A stretch of 64,000 bases of DNA from the human T2T-CHM13v2.0 reference genome, Homo sapiens, in the NCBI RefSeq assembly GCF_009914755.1, contig NC_060947.1, one strand, 5' to 3'. A program made the translations under genes and the position numbers. Shown in pieces: positions 23,001 through 38,000 of this stretch. Position 1 is the first letter of the stretch. The number at the start of each line of letters is the position of its first letter. The notes below the pieces were generated by a model, which saw nothing but the letters and a program-made list of their open reading frames with translations, had not been told where the DNA came from and did no database searches.

Positions 23001-26000
23001 TCAAAGGCAGGTTCATCTCTGCGAGTTAAATGCATTCATCATGAAGAACTTTCTCAGAGTGTTTGTGTTTAGTTATGGGAAATTATTCCCGTTTCCAATG
23101 AAATCCTCAGAGAGCTCCAAATATCCACCTGCAGATTCTACCAAAAGTGTATTTGGAAACTGCTCCATCAACAGGCATGTTCAGCTCTGTGAGTGAAACT
23201 CCATCATCACAAAGAACATTCTGAGAATGCTTCCGTTTGCCTTTTATATGAAGTTCCTTCCTATACGACCGTAGGCCTCAAAGCAGTCCAAATCTCCATT
23301 TGCAGATTCTACAAAAAGAGTGATTCCAATCTGCTCTATCAATAGGATTGTTCAACTCCATGAGTTGAATGCCATCCTCACAAAGTCGTTTCTGAGAATG
23401 CTTCTATCTAGTTTTTATGTGAAGATATTTCCTTTTCCACCACAGGCCTCAAAGCCCTCCAAACGTCCACTTGCACATTCTCGAAAAAGACTGTTTCATA
23501 GCTGCTCTTTCAAAAGGAAAGTTCAACTCTGGGAGTTGAATACAAACATCACAAAGTAGTTTCCGAGAATGCTTCTGTTTAGTTCTTATGTGAAGATGAT
23601 CCCGTTTCCAGTGAAATCTTCAAAGAGGTCCACATATCCTCTTGCAGATTCCAAAGAAAGAGGGTTTCAAAACTGCTCCATCAAAAGGATTGTTCAACTC
23701 TGTGAGTTGAATGCACTCATCGCAGAAAACTTTCTGAGAATGCTTCTGTCTAGGTTTGATGTGAAGATATAGACGTTTCAAACGAAGGCTACAAAGTGGT
23801 CAAAATATACACTTGCAGATTCTACTACAAGGGTGTTGCAAACCTGAACTATCAAAGGAAGGTTCAACTCTGTGAGTTGAATACAAACATCACAAAGAAT
23901 GTTCTGAGTTTGCTTCCGTTCAGTTATGGGAAGTTGATCCCGTTTCCAACGAAATCCTCAGAGAGGTCCAAATATCCCCTCGCAGATTCTACAAAACGTG
24001 TGTTTGGAAACTGCTCCATCATAACGAATGTTCAGCTCCCTGAGTTAAACTCCATCGTCACAAAGAATTTTCTGAGAGTGCTACCGTCTGGTTTTTATAT
24101 GAAGTTCTTTCCTTCACTACCACAGGCCTCAAAGCGGTCCAAATCTCCACTTGCAGATTCTACAAAAAGAGTGTTTGCAAACTGCTCTATCAAAAGGAAT
24201 GTTCAACTCTGGGAGTTGAATGCAATCATCACAGAGCAGTTTCTGAGAATGCTTCTATGTCGTTTTTAGGAGAAGATATTTCCTTTTCCAACACAGTCCT
24301 CCAAGCCCGCTAAATAGCCACTTGCACATTGTAGAAAAAGTGTGTCAAAGCTGCGCTATCAAAGGGAAAGTTCAACTCTGTGAGGTGAATGCAAACATCC
24401 CAAAGAAGTTTCTGAGAATGCTTCCGTTTAGCTTTTAGGTGAAGATTATCCCGTTTCCAACGAAACCTTCAAAGAGGTCCAAATATCCCCTTGCGGATCC
24501 CACAGAAAGAGTGTTTCGAAACTGCTGTTTCAAAAGGAATCTTCAACTCTGTGAGTTGAATGCAATCATCACAAAGAAGTTTCTGACAATGCTTCTCTCT
24601 CGTCTTTCTGTGAAGATAAAGGAAAAGGCTTTCAGGCCTTTGCCACCACAGGCCTGAAAGCGGTCCAAATGTCCACTTGCAGATTCTGCGAAAAGAATAT
24701 TTCAAAACTGCTCTATGAAAAGCAATGTTAAACTCTGCGGCTCGAACACAAACATCACAAAGCGGTTTCTGAGAATGCTTCAGTTTAGTTTTTCTGTGGA
24801 AATATTCCCGTTTCCAAAGAAATCTTCAAAGAGGTCCACGTATCCACTTACAGATTCTACAAAAAGACAGTTTCAAAACTGCTCCATCAAAAGGAGGGTT
24901 CAACTGTGTGACTTGAATGCAATCATCACTCAGAAGTTTCTGAGAATGCTTCTCTTTAGTTTTTACGTGAACATATACCCGTTTCGAACGAAGGCCACCC
25001 AGTGGTCCAAATATCCACTTGCAGATTCTACAGAAAGAGTGTTTCGAACCTGAACTCTCAAAGGCAGGTTCATCTCTGCGAGTTAAATGGATTCATCATG
25101 AAGAACTTTCTCAGCGTGTTTGTGTTTAGTTATGGGAAATTATTCCCGTTTCCAACGAAATCCTCAAAGAGCTCCAAATATCCACCTGCAGATTCTACCA
25201 AAAGTGTATTTGGAAACTGCTCCATCAAAAGGCATGTTCAGCTCTGTGAGTGAAACTCCATCATCACAAAGAATATTCTGAGAATGCTTCCGTTTGCCTT
25301 TTATATGAAGTTCCTTCCTATACGACCGTAGGCCTCAAAGCAGTCCAAATCTCCATTTGCAGATTCTACAAAAAGAGTGATTCCAATCTGCTCTATTAAT
25401 AGGATTGTTCAACTCCATGAGTTGAATGCCATCCTCACAAAGTAGTTTCTGAGAATGCTTCTATCTAGTTTTTATGTGAAGATATTTCCTTTTCCACCAC
25501 AGGCCTCAAAGCCCTCCAAACGTCCACTTGCAGATTCTCGAAAAAGAGTGTTTCATAGCTGCTCTTTCAAAAGGAAAGTTCAACTCTGGCAGTTGAATAC
25601 AAACATCACAAAGTAGTTTCCGAGAATGCTTCTGTTTAGTTTCTATGTGAAGATGATCCCGTTTCCAGTGAAATCTTCAAAGAGGTCCACATATCCCCTT
25701 GCAGATTCCAAAGAAAGTGGGTTTCAAAACTGCTCCATCAGAAGGATTGTTCAACTGTGTGAGTTGAATGCAGTCATCGCAGAAAACTTTCTGAGAATGC
25801 TTCTGTCTAGGTTTGATGTGAAGATATAGACGTTTCAAACGAAGGCTACAAAGTGGTCAAAATATACACTTGCAGATTCTACTACAAGGGTGTTGCAAAC
25901 CTGAACTATCAAAGGAAGGTTCAACTCTGTGAGTTGAATACAAACATCACAAAGAATGTTCTGAGTTTGCTTCCGTTCAGTTATGGGAAGTTGATCCCGT

Positions 26001-29000
26001 TTCCAACGAAATCCTCAGAGAGGTCCAAATATCCCCTCGCAGATTCTACAAAACGTGTGTTTGGAAACTGCTCCATCATAACGAATGTTCAGCTCCCTGA
26101 GTTAAACTCCATCGTCACAAAGAATTTTCTGAGAGTGCTACCGTCTGGTTTTTATATGAAGTTCTTTCCTTCACTACCACAGGCCTCAAAGCGGTCCAAA
26201 TCTCCACTTGCAGATTCTACAAAAAGAGTGTTTGCAAACTGCTCTATCAAAAGGAATGTTCAACTCTGGGAGTTGAATGCAATCATCACAGAGCAGTTTC
26301 TGAGAATGCTTCTATGTCGTTTTTAGGAGAAGATATTTCCTTTTCCAACACAGTCCTCCAAGCCCGCTAAATAGCCACTTGCACATTGTAGAAAAAGTGT
26401 GTCAAAGCTGCGCTATCAAAGGGAAAGTTCAACTCTGTGAGGTGAATGCAAACATCCCAAAGAAGTTTCTGAGAATGCTTCCGTTTAGCTTTTAGGTGAA
26501 GATTATCCCGTTTCCAACGAAACCTTCAAAGAGGTCCAAATATCCCCTTGCGGATCCCACAGAAAGAGTGTTTCGAAACTGCTGTTTCAAAAGGAATCTT
26601 CAACTCTGTGAGTTGAATGCAATCATCACAAAGAAGTTTCTGACAATGCTTCTCTCTCGTCTTTCTGTGAAGATAAAGGAAAAGGCTTTCAGGCCTTTGC
26701 CACCACAGGCCTGAAAGCGGTCCAAATGTCCACTTGCAGATTCTGCGAAAAGAATATTTCAAAACTGCTCTATGAAAAGCAATGTTAAACTCTGCGGCTC
26801 GAACACAAACATCACAAAGCGGTTTCTGAGAATGCTTCAGTTTAGTTTTTCTGTGGAAATATTCCCGTTTCCAAAGAAATCTTCAAAGAGGTCCACGTAT
26901 CCACTTACAGATTCTACAAAAAGACAGTTTCAAAACTGCTCCATCAAAAGGAGGGTTCAACTGTGTGACTTGAATGCAATCATCACTCAGAAGTTTCTGA
27001 GAATGCTTCTCTTTAGTTTTTACGTGAACATATACCCGTTTCGAACGAAGGCCACCCAGTGGTCCAAATATCCACTTGCAGATTCTACAGAAAGAGTGTT
27101 TCGAACCTGAACTCTCAAAGGCAGGTTCATCTCTGCGAGTTAAATGGATTCATCATGAAGAACTTTCTCAGCGTGTTTGTGTTTAGTTATGGGAAATTAT
27201 TCCCGTTTCCAACGAAATCCTCAAAGAGCTCCAAATATCCACCTGCAGATTCTACCAAAAGTGTATTTGGAAACTGCTCCATCAAAAGGCATGTTCAGCT
27301 CTGTGAGTGAAACTCCATCATCACAAAGAATATTCTGAGAATGCTTCCGTTTGCCTTTTATATGAAGTTCCTTCCTATACGACCGTAGGCCTCAAAGCAG
27401 TCCAAATCTCCATTTGCAGATTCTACAAAAAGAGTGATTCCAATCTGCTCTATTAATAGGATTGTTCAACTCCATGAGTTGAATGCCATCCTCACAAAGT
27501 AGTTTCTGAGAATGCTTCTATCTAGTTTTTATGTGAAGATATTTCCTTTTCCACCACAGGCCTCAAAGCCCTCCAAACGTCCACTTGCAGATTCTCGAAA
27601 AAGAGTGTTTCATAGCTGCTCTTTCAAAAGGAAAGTTCAACTCTGGCAGTTGAATACAAACATCACAAAGTAGTTTCCGAGAATGCTTCTGTTTAGTTTC
27701 TATGTGAAGATGATCCCGTTTCCAGTGAAATCTTCAAAGAGGTCCACATATCCCCTTGCAGATTCCAAAGAAAGTGGGTTTCAAAACTGCTCCATCAGAA
27801 GGATTGTTCAACTGTGTGAGTTGAATGCAGTCATCGCAGAAAACTTTCTGAGAATGCTTCTGTCTAGGTTTGATGTGAAGATATAGACGTTTCAAACGAA
27901 GGCTACAAAGTGGTCAAAATATACACTTGCAGATTCTACTACAAGGGTGTTGCAAACCTGAACTATCAAAGGAAGGTTCAACTCTGTGAGTTGAATACAA
28001 ACATCACAAAGAATGTTCTGAGTTTGCTTCCGTTCAGTTATGGGAAGTTGATCCCGTTTCCAACGAAATCCTCAGAGAGGTCCAAATATCCCCTTGCAGA
28101 TTCTACAAAACGTGTGTTTGGAAACTGCTCCATCATAACGAATGTTCAGCTCCCTGAGTTAAACTCCATCGTCACAAAGAATTTTCTGAGAGTGCTACCG
28201 TCTGGTTTTTATATGAAGTTCTTTCCTTCACTACCACAGGCCTCAAAGCGGTCCAAATCTCCACTTGCAGATTCTACAAAAAGAGTGTTTGCAAACTGTT
28301 CTATCAAAAGGAATGTTCAACTCTGGGAGTTGAATGCAATCATCACAGAGCAGTTTCTGAGAATGCTTCTATGTCGTTTTTAGGAGAAGATATTTCCTTT
28401 TCCAACACAGTCCTCCAAGTCCGCTAAATAGCCACTTGCACATTGTAGAAAAAGTGTGTCAAAGCTGCGCTATCAAAGGGAAAGTTCAACTCTGTGAGGT
28501 GAATGCAAACATCCCAAAGAAGTTTCTGAGAATGCTTCCGTTTAGCTTTTAGGTGAAGATTATCCCGTTTCCAACGAAACCTTCAAAGAGGTCCAAATAT
28601 CCCCTTGCGGATCCCACAGAAAGAGTGTTTCGAAACTGCTGTTTCAAAAGGAATCTTCAACTCTGTGAGTTGAATGCAATCATCACAAAGAAGTTTCTGA
28701 CAATGCTTCTCTCTCGTCTTTCTGTGAAGATAAAGGAAAAGGCTTTCAGGCCTTTGCAACCACAGGCCTGAAAGCGCTCCAAATGTCCACTTGCAGATTC
28801 TGCGAAAAGAATATTTCAAAACTGCTCTATGAAAAGCAATGTTAAACTCTGTGGCTCGAACACAAACATCACAAAGCAGTTTCTGAGAATGCTTCAGTTT
28901 AGTTTTTCTGTGGAAATATTCCCGTTTCCAAAGAAATCTTCAAAGAGGTCCACGCATCCACTTACAGATTCTACAAAAAGACAGTTTCAAAACTGCTCCA

Positions 29001-32000
29001 TCAAAAGGAGGGTTCAACTGTGTGACTTGAATGCAATCATCACTCAGAAGTTTCTGAGAATGCTTCTCTTTAGTTTTTACGTGAACATATACCCGTTTCG
29101 AACGAAGGCCACCCAGTGGTCCAAATATCCACTTGCAGATTATACAGAAAGAGTGTTTCGAACCTGAACTCTCAAAGGCAGGTTCATCTCTGCGAGTTAA
29201 ATGCATTCATCATGAAGAACTTTCTCAGAGTGTTTGTGTTTAGTTATGGGAAATTATTCCCGTTTCCAACGAAATCCTCAGAGAGCTCCAAATATCCACC
29301 TGCAGATTCTACCAAAAGTGTATTTGGAAACTGCTCCATCAAAAGGCATGTTCAGCTCTGTGAGTGAAACTCCATCATCACAAAGAATATTCTGAGAATG
29401 CTTCCGTTTGCCTTTTATATGAAGTTCCTTCCTGTACTACCGTAGGCCTCAAAGCAGTCCAAATCTCCATTTGCAGATTCTATAAAAAGAGTGATTCCAA
29501 TCTGCTCTATCAATAGGATTGTTCAACTCCATGATTTGAATGCCATCCTCACAAAGTAGTTTCTGAGAATGCTTCTATCTGGTTTTTGTGTGAAGATATT
29601 TCCTTTTCCACCACAGGCCTCAAAGCCCTCCAAACGTCCACTTGCAGATTCTCGAAAAAGAGTGTTTCATAGCTGCTCTTTCAAAAGGAAAGTTCAACTC
29701 TGGGAGTTGAATGCAAACATCACAAAATAGTTTCCGAGAATGCTTCTGTTTAGTTTTTATGTGAAGATGATCCCGTTTCCAGTGAAATCTTCAAAGAGGT
29801 CCACATATCCCCTTGCAGATTCCAAAGAAAGAGGGTTTCAAAACTGCTCCATCAGAAGGATTGTTCAACTCTGTGAGTTGAATGCAGTCATCGCAGAAAA
29901 CTTTCTGAGAATGCTTCTGTCTAGGTTTGATGTGAAGATATAGACGTTTCAAACGAAGGCTACAAAGTGGTCAAAATATACACTTGCAGATTCTACTACA
30001 AGGGTGTTGCAAACCTGAACTATCAAAGGAAGGTTCAACTCTGTGAATTGAATACAAACATCACAAAGAATGTTCTGAGTTTGCTTCCGTTCAGTTATGG
30101 GAAGTTGATCCCGTTTCCAACGAAATCCTCAGAGAGGTCCAAATATCCCCTCGCAGATTCTACAAAACGTGTGTTTGGAAACTGCTCCATCATAACGAAT
30201 GTTCAGCCCCCTGAGTTAAACTCCATCGTCACAAAGAATTTTCTGAGAGTGCTACCGTCTGGTTTTTATATGAAGTTCTTTCCTTCACTACCACAGGCCT
30301 CAAAGCGGTCCAAATCTCCACTTGCAGATTCTACAAAAAGAGTGTTTGCAAACTGCTCTATCAAAAGGAATGTTCAACTCTGGGAGTTGAATGCAATCAT
30401 CACAGAGCAGTTTCTGAGAATGCTTCTATGTCGTTTTTAGGAGAAGATATTTCCTTTTCCAACACAGTCCTCCAAGCCCGCTAAATAGCCACTTGCACAT
30501 TGTAGAAAAAGTGTGTCAAAGCTGCGCTATCAAAGGGAAAGTTCAACTCTGTGAGGTGAATGCAAACATCCCAAAGAAGTTTCTGAGAATGCTTCCGTTT
30601 AGCTTTTAGGTGAAGATTATCCCGTTTCCAACGAAACCTTCAAAGAGGTCCAAATACCCCTTGCGGATCCCACAGAAAGAGTGTTTCGAAACTGCTGTTT
30701 CAAAAGGAATCTTCAACTCTGTGAGTTGAATGCAATCATCACAAAGAAGTTTCTGACAATGCTTCTCTCTCGTCTTTCTGTGAAGATAAAGGAAAAGGCT
30801 TTCAGGCCTTTGCCACCACAGGCCTGAAAGCGCTCCAAATGTCCACTTGCAGATTCTGCGAAAAGAATATTTCAAAACTGCTCTATGAAAAGCAATGTTA
30901 AACTCTGTGGCTGGAACACAAACATCACAAAGCGGTTTCTGAGAATGCTTCAGTTTAGTTTTTCTGTGGAAATATTCCCGTTTCCAAAGAAATCTTCAAA
31001 GAGGTCCACGTATCCACTTACAGATTCTACAAAAAGACAGTTTCAAAACTGCTCCATCAAAAGGAGGGTTCAACTGTGTGACTTGAATGCAATCATCACT
31101 CAGAAGTTTCTGAGAATGCTTCTCTTTAGTTTTTACGTGAACATATACCCGTTTCGAACGAAGGCCACCCAGTGGTCCAAATATCCACTTGCAGATTCTA
31201 CAGAAAGAGTGTTTCGAACCTGAACTCTCAAAGGCAGGTTCATCTCTGCGAGTTAAATGCATTCATCATGAAGAACTTTCTCAGCGTGTTTGTGTTTAGT
31301 TATGGGAAATTATTCCCGTTTCCAACGAAATCCTCAAAGAGCTCCAAATATCCACCTGCAGATTCTACCAAAAGTGTATTTGGAAACTGCTCCATCAAAA
31401 GGCATGTTCAGCTCTGTGAGTGAAACTCCATCATCACAAAGAATATTCTGAGAATGCTTCCGTTTGCCTTTTATATGAAGTTCCTTCCTATACGACCGTA
31501 GGCCTCAAAGCAGTCCAAATCTCCATTTGCAGATTCTACAAAAAGAGTGATTCCAATCTGCTCTATCAATAGGATTGTTCAACTCCATGAGTTGAATGCC
31601 ATCCTCACAAAGTAGTTTCTGAGAATGCTTCTATCTAGTTTTTATGTGAAGATATTTCCTTTTCCACCACAGGCCTCAAAGCCCTCCAAACGTCCACTTG
31701 CAGATTCTCGAAAAAGAGTGTTTCATAGCTGCTCTTTCAAAAGGAAAGTTCAACTCTGGCAGTTGAATACAAACATCACAAAGTAGTTTCCGAGAATGCT
31801 TCTGTTTAGTTTTTATGTGAAGATGATCCCGTTTCCAGTGAAATCTTCAAAGAGGTCCACATATCCCCTTGCAGATTCCAAAGAAAGAGGGTTTCAAAAC
31901 TGCTCCATCAGAAGGATTGTTCAACTGTGTGAGTTGAATGCAGTCATCGCAGAAAACTTTCTGAGAATGCTTCTGTCTAGGTTTGATGTGAAGATATAGA

Positions 32001-35000
32001 CGTTTCAAACGAAGGCTACAAAGTGGTCAAAATATACACTTGCAGATTCTACTACAAGGGTGTTGCAAACCTGAACTATCAAAGGAAGGTTCAACTCTGT
32101 GAGTTGAATACAAACATCACAAAGAATGTTCTGAGTTTGCTTCCGTTCAGTTATGGGAAGTTGATCCCGTTTCCAACGAAATCCTCAGAGAGGTCCAAAT
32201 ATCCCCTTGCAGATTCTACAAAACGTGTGTTTGGAAACTGCTCCATCATAACGAATGTTCAGCTCCCTGAGTTAAACTCCATCGTCACAAAGAATTTTCT
32301 GAGAGTGCTACCGTCTGGTTTTTATATGAAGTTCTTTCCTTCACTACCACAGGCCTCAAAGCGGTCCAAATCTCCACTTGCAGATTCTACAAAAAGAGTG
32401 TTTGCAAACTGCTCTATCAAAAGGAATGTTCAACTCTGGGAGTTGAATGCAATCATCACAGAGCAGTTTCTGAGAATGCTTCTATGTCGTTTTTAGGAGA
32501 AGATATTTCCTTTTCCAACACAGTCCTCCAAGTCCGCTAAATAGCCACTTGCACATTGTAGAAAAAGTGTGTCAAAGCTGCGCTATCAAAGGGAAAGTTC
32601 AACTCTGTGAGGTGAATGCAAACATCCCAAAGAAGTTTCTGAGAATGCTTCCGTTTAGCTTTTAGGTGAAGATTATCCCGTTTCCAACGAAACCTTCAAA
32701 GAGGTCCAAATATCCCCTTGCGGATCCCACAGAAAGAGTGTTTCGAAACTGCTGTTTCAAAAGGAATCTTCAACTCTGTGAGTTGAATGCAATCATCACA
32801 AAGAAGTTTCTGACAATGCTTCTCTCTCGTCTTTCTGTGAAGATAAAGGAAAAGGCTTTCAGGCCTTTGCAACCACAGGCCTGAAAGCGCTCCAAATGTC
32901 CACTTGCAGATTCTGCGAAAAGAATATTTCAAAACTGCTCTATGAAAAGCAATGTTAAACTCTGTGGCTCGAACACAAACATCACAAAGCAGTTTCTGAG
33001 AATGCTTCAGTTTAGTTTTTCTGTGGAAATATTCCCGTTTCCAAAGAAATCTTCAAAGAGGTCCACGCATCCACTTACAGATTCTACAAAAAGACAGTTT
33101 CAAAACTGCTCCATCAAAAGGAGGGTTCAACTGTGTGACTTGAATGCAATCATCACTCAGAAGTTTCTGAGAATGCTTCTCTTTAGTTTTTACGTGAACA
33201 TATACCCGTTTCGAACGAAGGCCAGCCAGTGGTCCAAATATCCACTTGCAGATTATACAGAAAGAGTGTTTCGAACCTGAACTCTCAAAGGCAGGTTCAT
33301 CTCTGCGAGTTAAATGCATTCATCATGAAGAACTTTCTCAGAGTGTTTGTGTTTAGTTATGGGAAATTATTCCCGTTTCCAACGAAATCCTCAGAGAGCT
33401 CCAAATATCCACCTGCAGATTCTACCAAAAGTGTATTTGGAAACTGCTCCATCAAAAGGCATGTTCAGCTCTGTGAGTGAAACTCCATCATCACAAAGAA
33501 TATTCTGAGAATGCTTCCGTTTGCCTTTTATATGAAGTTCCTTCCTGTACTACCGTAGGCCTCAAAGCAGTCCAAATCTCCATTTGCAGATTCTATAAAA
33601 AGAGTGATTCCAATCTGCTCTATCAATAGGATTGTTCAACTCCATGATTTGAATGCCATCCTCACAAAGTAGTTTCTGAGAATGCTTCTATCTGGTTTTT
33701 GTGTGAAGATATTTCCTTTTCCACCACAGGCCTCAAAGCCCTCCAAACGTCCACTTGCAGATTCTCGAAAAAGAGTGTTTCATAGCTGCTCTTTCAAAAG
33801 GAAAGTTCAACTCTGGGAGTTGAATGCAAACATCACAAAATAGTTTCCGAGAATGCTTCTGTTTAGTTTTTATGTGAAGATGATCCCGTTTCCAGTGAAA
33901 TCTTCAAAGAGGTCCACATATCCCCTTGCAGATTCCAAAGAAAGAGGGTTTCAAAACTGCTCCATCAGAAGGATTGTTCAAATCTGTGAGTTGAATGCAG
34001 TCATCGCAGAAAACTTTCTGAGAATGCTTCTGTCTAGGTTTGATGTGAAGATATAGACGTTTCAAACGAAGGCTACAAAGTGGTCAAAATATACACTTGC
34101 AGATTCTACTACAAGGGTGTTGCAAACCTGAACTATCAAAGGAAGGTTCAACTCTGTGAATTGAATACAAACATCACAAAGAATGTTCTGAGTTTGCTTC
34201 CGTTCAGTTATGGGAAGTTGATCCCGTTTCCAACGAAATCCTCAGAGAGGTCCAAATATCCCCTCGCAGATTCTACAAAACGTGTGTTTGGAAACTGCTC
34301 CATCATAACGAATGTTCAGCTCCCTGAGTTAAACTCCATCGTCACAAAGAATTTTCTGAGAGTGCTACCGTCTGGTTTTTATATGAAGTTCTTTCCTTCA
34401 CTACCACAGGCCTCAAAGCGGTCCAAATCTCCACTTGCAGATTCTACAAAAAGAGTGTTTGCAAACTGCTCTATCAAAAGGAATGTTCAACTCTGGGAGT
34501 TGAATGCAATCATCACAGAGCAGTTTCTGAGAATGCTTCTATGTCGTTTTTAGGAGAAGATATTTCCTTTTCCAACACAGTCCTCCAAGCCCGCTAAATA
34601 GCCACTTGCACATTGTAGAAAAAGTGTGTCAAAGCTGCGCTATCAAAGGGAAAGTTCAACTCTGTGAGGTGAATGCAAACATCCCAAAGAAGTTTCTGAG
34701 AATGCTTCCGTTTAGCTTTTAGGTGAAGATTATCCCGTTTCCAACGAAACCTTCAAAGAGGTCCAAATATCCCCTTGCGGATCCCACAGAAAGAGTGTTT
34801 CGAAACTGCTGTTTCAAAAGGAATCTTCAACTCTGTGAGTTGAATGCAATCATCACAAAGAAGTTTCTGACAATGCTTCTCTCTCGTCTTTCTGTGAAGA
34901 TAAAGGAAAAGGCTTTCAGGCCTTTTCCACCACAGGCCTGAAAGCGCTCCAAATGTCCACTTGCAGATTCTGCGAAAAGAATATTTCAAAACTGCTCTAT

Positions 35001-38000
35001 GAAAAGCAATGTTAAACTCTGTGGCTGGAACACAAACATCACAAAGCGGTTTCTGAGAATGTTTCAGTTTAGTTTTTCTGTGGAAATATTCCCGTTTCCA
35101 AAGAAATCTTCAAAGAGGTCCACGTATCCACTTACAGATTCTACAAAAAGACAGTTTCAAAACTGCTCCATCAAAAGGAGGGTTCAACTGTGTGACTTGA
35201 ATGCAATCATCACTCAGAAGTTTCTGAGAATGCTTCTCTTTAGTTTTTACGTGAACATATACCCGTTTCGAACGAAGGCCACCCAGTGGTCCAAATATCC
35301 ACTTGCAGATTATACAGAAAGAGTGTTTCGAACCTGAACTCTCAAAGGCAGGTTCATCTCTGCGAGTTAAATGCATTCATCATGAAGAACTTTCTCAGAG
35401 TGTTTGTGTTTAGTTATGGGAAATTATTCCCGTTTCCAACGAAATCCTCAGAGTGGTCCAAATATCCACCTGCAGATTCTACCAAAAGTGTATTTGGAAA
35501 CTGCTCCATCAAAAGGCATGTTCAGCTCTGTGAGTGAAACTCCATCATCACAAAGAATATTCTGAGAATGCTTCCGTTTGCCTTTTATCTGAAGTTCCTT
35601 CCTATACGACCGTAGGCCTCAAAGCAGTCCAAATCTCCATTTGCAGATTCTACAAAAAGAGTGATTCCAATCTGCTCTATCAATAGGATTGTTCAACTCC
35701 ATGAGTTGAATGCCATCCTCACAAAGTAGTTTCTGAGAATGCTTCTATCTAGTTTTTATGTGAAGGTATTTCCTTTTCCACCACAGGCCTCCAAGCCCTC
35801 CAAACGTCCACTTGCAGATTCTCGAAAAAGAGTGTTTCATAGCTGCTCTTTCAAAAGGAAAGTTCAACTCTGGGAGTTGAATACAAACATCACAAAGTAG
35901 TTTCCGAGAATGCTTCTGTTTAGTTTTTATGTGAAGATGATCCCGTTTCCAGTGAAATCTTCAAAGAGGTCCACATATCCCCTTGCAGATTCCAAAGAAA
36001 GAGGGTTTAAAAACTGCTCCATCAGAAGGATTGTTCAACTCTGTGAGTTGAATGCAGTCATCGCAGAAAACTTTCTGAGAATGCTTCTGTCTAGGTTTGA
36101 TGTGAAGATATAGACGTTTCAAACGAAGGCTACAAAGTGGTCAAAATATACACTTGCAGATTCTACTACAAGGGTGTTGCAAACCTGAACTATCAAAGGA
36201 AGGTTCAACTCTGTGAATTGAATACAAACATCACAAAGAATGTTCTGAGTTTGCTTCCGTTCAGTTATGGGAAGTTGATCCCGTTTCCAACGAAATCCTC
36301 AGAGAGGTCCAAATATCCCCTCGCAGATTCTACAAAACGTGTGTTTGGAAACTGCTCCATCATAACGAATGTTCAGCTCCCTGAGTTAAACTCCATCGTC
36401 ACAAAGAATTTTCTGAGAGTGCTACCGTCTGGTTTTTATATGAAGTTCTTTCCTTCACTACCACAGGCCTCAAAGCGGTCCAAATCTCCACTTGCAGATT
36501 CTACAAAAAGAGTGTTTGCAAACTGCTCTATCAAAAGGAATGTTCAACTCTGGGAGTTGAATGCAATCATCACAGAGCAGTTTCTGAGAATGCTTCTATG
36601 TCGTTTTTAGGAGAAGATATTTCCTTTTCCAACACAGTCCTCCAAGCCCGCTAAATAGCCACTTGCACATTGTAGAAAAAGTGTGTCAAAGCTGCGCTAT
36701 CAAAGGGAAAGTTCAACTCTGTGAGGTGAATGCAAACATCCCAAAGAAGTTTCTGAGAATGCTTCCGTTTAGCTTTTAGGTGAAGATTATCCCGTTTCCA
36801 ACGAAACCTTCAAAGAGGTCCAAATATCCCCTTGCGGATCCCACAGAAAGAGTGTTTCGAAACTGCTGTTTCAAAAGGAATCTTCAACTCTGTGAGTTGA
36901 ATGCAATCATCACAAAGAAGTTTCTGACAATGCTTCTCTCTCGTCTTTCTGTGAAGATAAAGGAAAAGGCTTTCAGGCCTTTTCCACCACAGGCCTGAAA
37001 GCGCTCCAAATGTCCACTTGCAGATTCTGCGAAAAGAATATTTCAAAACTGCTCTATGAAAAGCAATGTTAAACTCTGTGGCTGGAACACAAACATCACA
37101 AAGCGGTTTCTGAGAATGTTTCAGTTTAGTTTTTCTGTGGAAATATTCCCGTTTCCAAAGAAATCTTCAAAGAGGTCCACGTATCCACTTACAGATTCTA
37201 CAAAAAGACAGTTTCAAAACTGCTCCATCAAAAGGAGGGTTCAACTGTGTGACTTGAATGCAATCATCACTCAGAAGTTTCTGAGAATGCTTCTCTTTAG
37301 TTTTTACGTGAACATATACCCGTTTCGAACGAAGGCCACCCAGTGGTCCAAATATCCACTTGCAGATTCTACAGAAAGAGTGTTTCGAACCTGAACTCTC
37401 AAAGGCAGGTTCATCTCTGCGAGTTAAATGCATTCATCATGAAGAACTTTCTCAGAGTGTTTGTGTTTAGTTATGGGAAATTATTCCCGTTTCCAATGAA
37501 ATCCTCAGAGAGCTCCAAATATCCACCTGCAGATTCTACCAAAAGTGTATTTGGAAACTGCTCCATCAACAGGCATGTTCAGCTCTGTGAGTGAAACTCC
37601 ATCATCACAAAGAACATTCTGAGAATGCTTCCGTTTGCCTTTTATATGAAGTTCCTTCCTATACGACCGTAGGCCTCAAAGCAGTCCAAATCTCCATTTG
37701 CAGATTCTACAAAAAGAGTGATTCCAATCTGCTCTATCAATAGGATTGTTCAACTCCATGAGTTGAATGCCATCCTCACAAAGTCGTTTCTGAGAATGCT
37801 TCTATCTAGTTTTTATGTGAAGATATTTCCTTTTCCACCACAGGCCTCAAAGCCCTCCAAACGTCCACTTGCACATTCTCGAAAAAGACTGTTTCATAGC
37901 TGCTCTTTCAAAAGGAAAGTTCAACTCTGGGAGTTGAATACAAACATCACAAAGTAGTTTCCGAGAATGCTTCTGTTTAGTTCTTATGTGAAGATGATCC

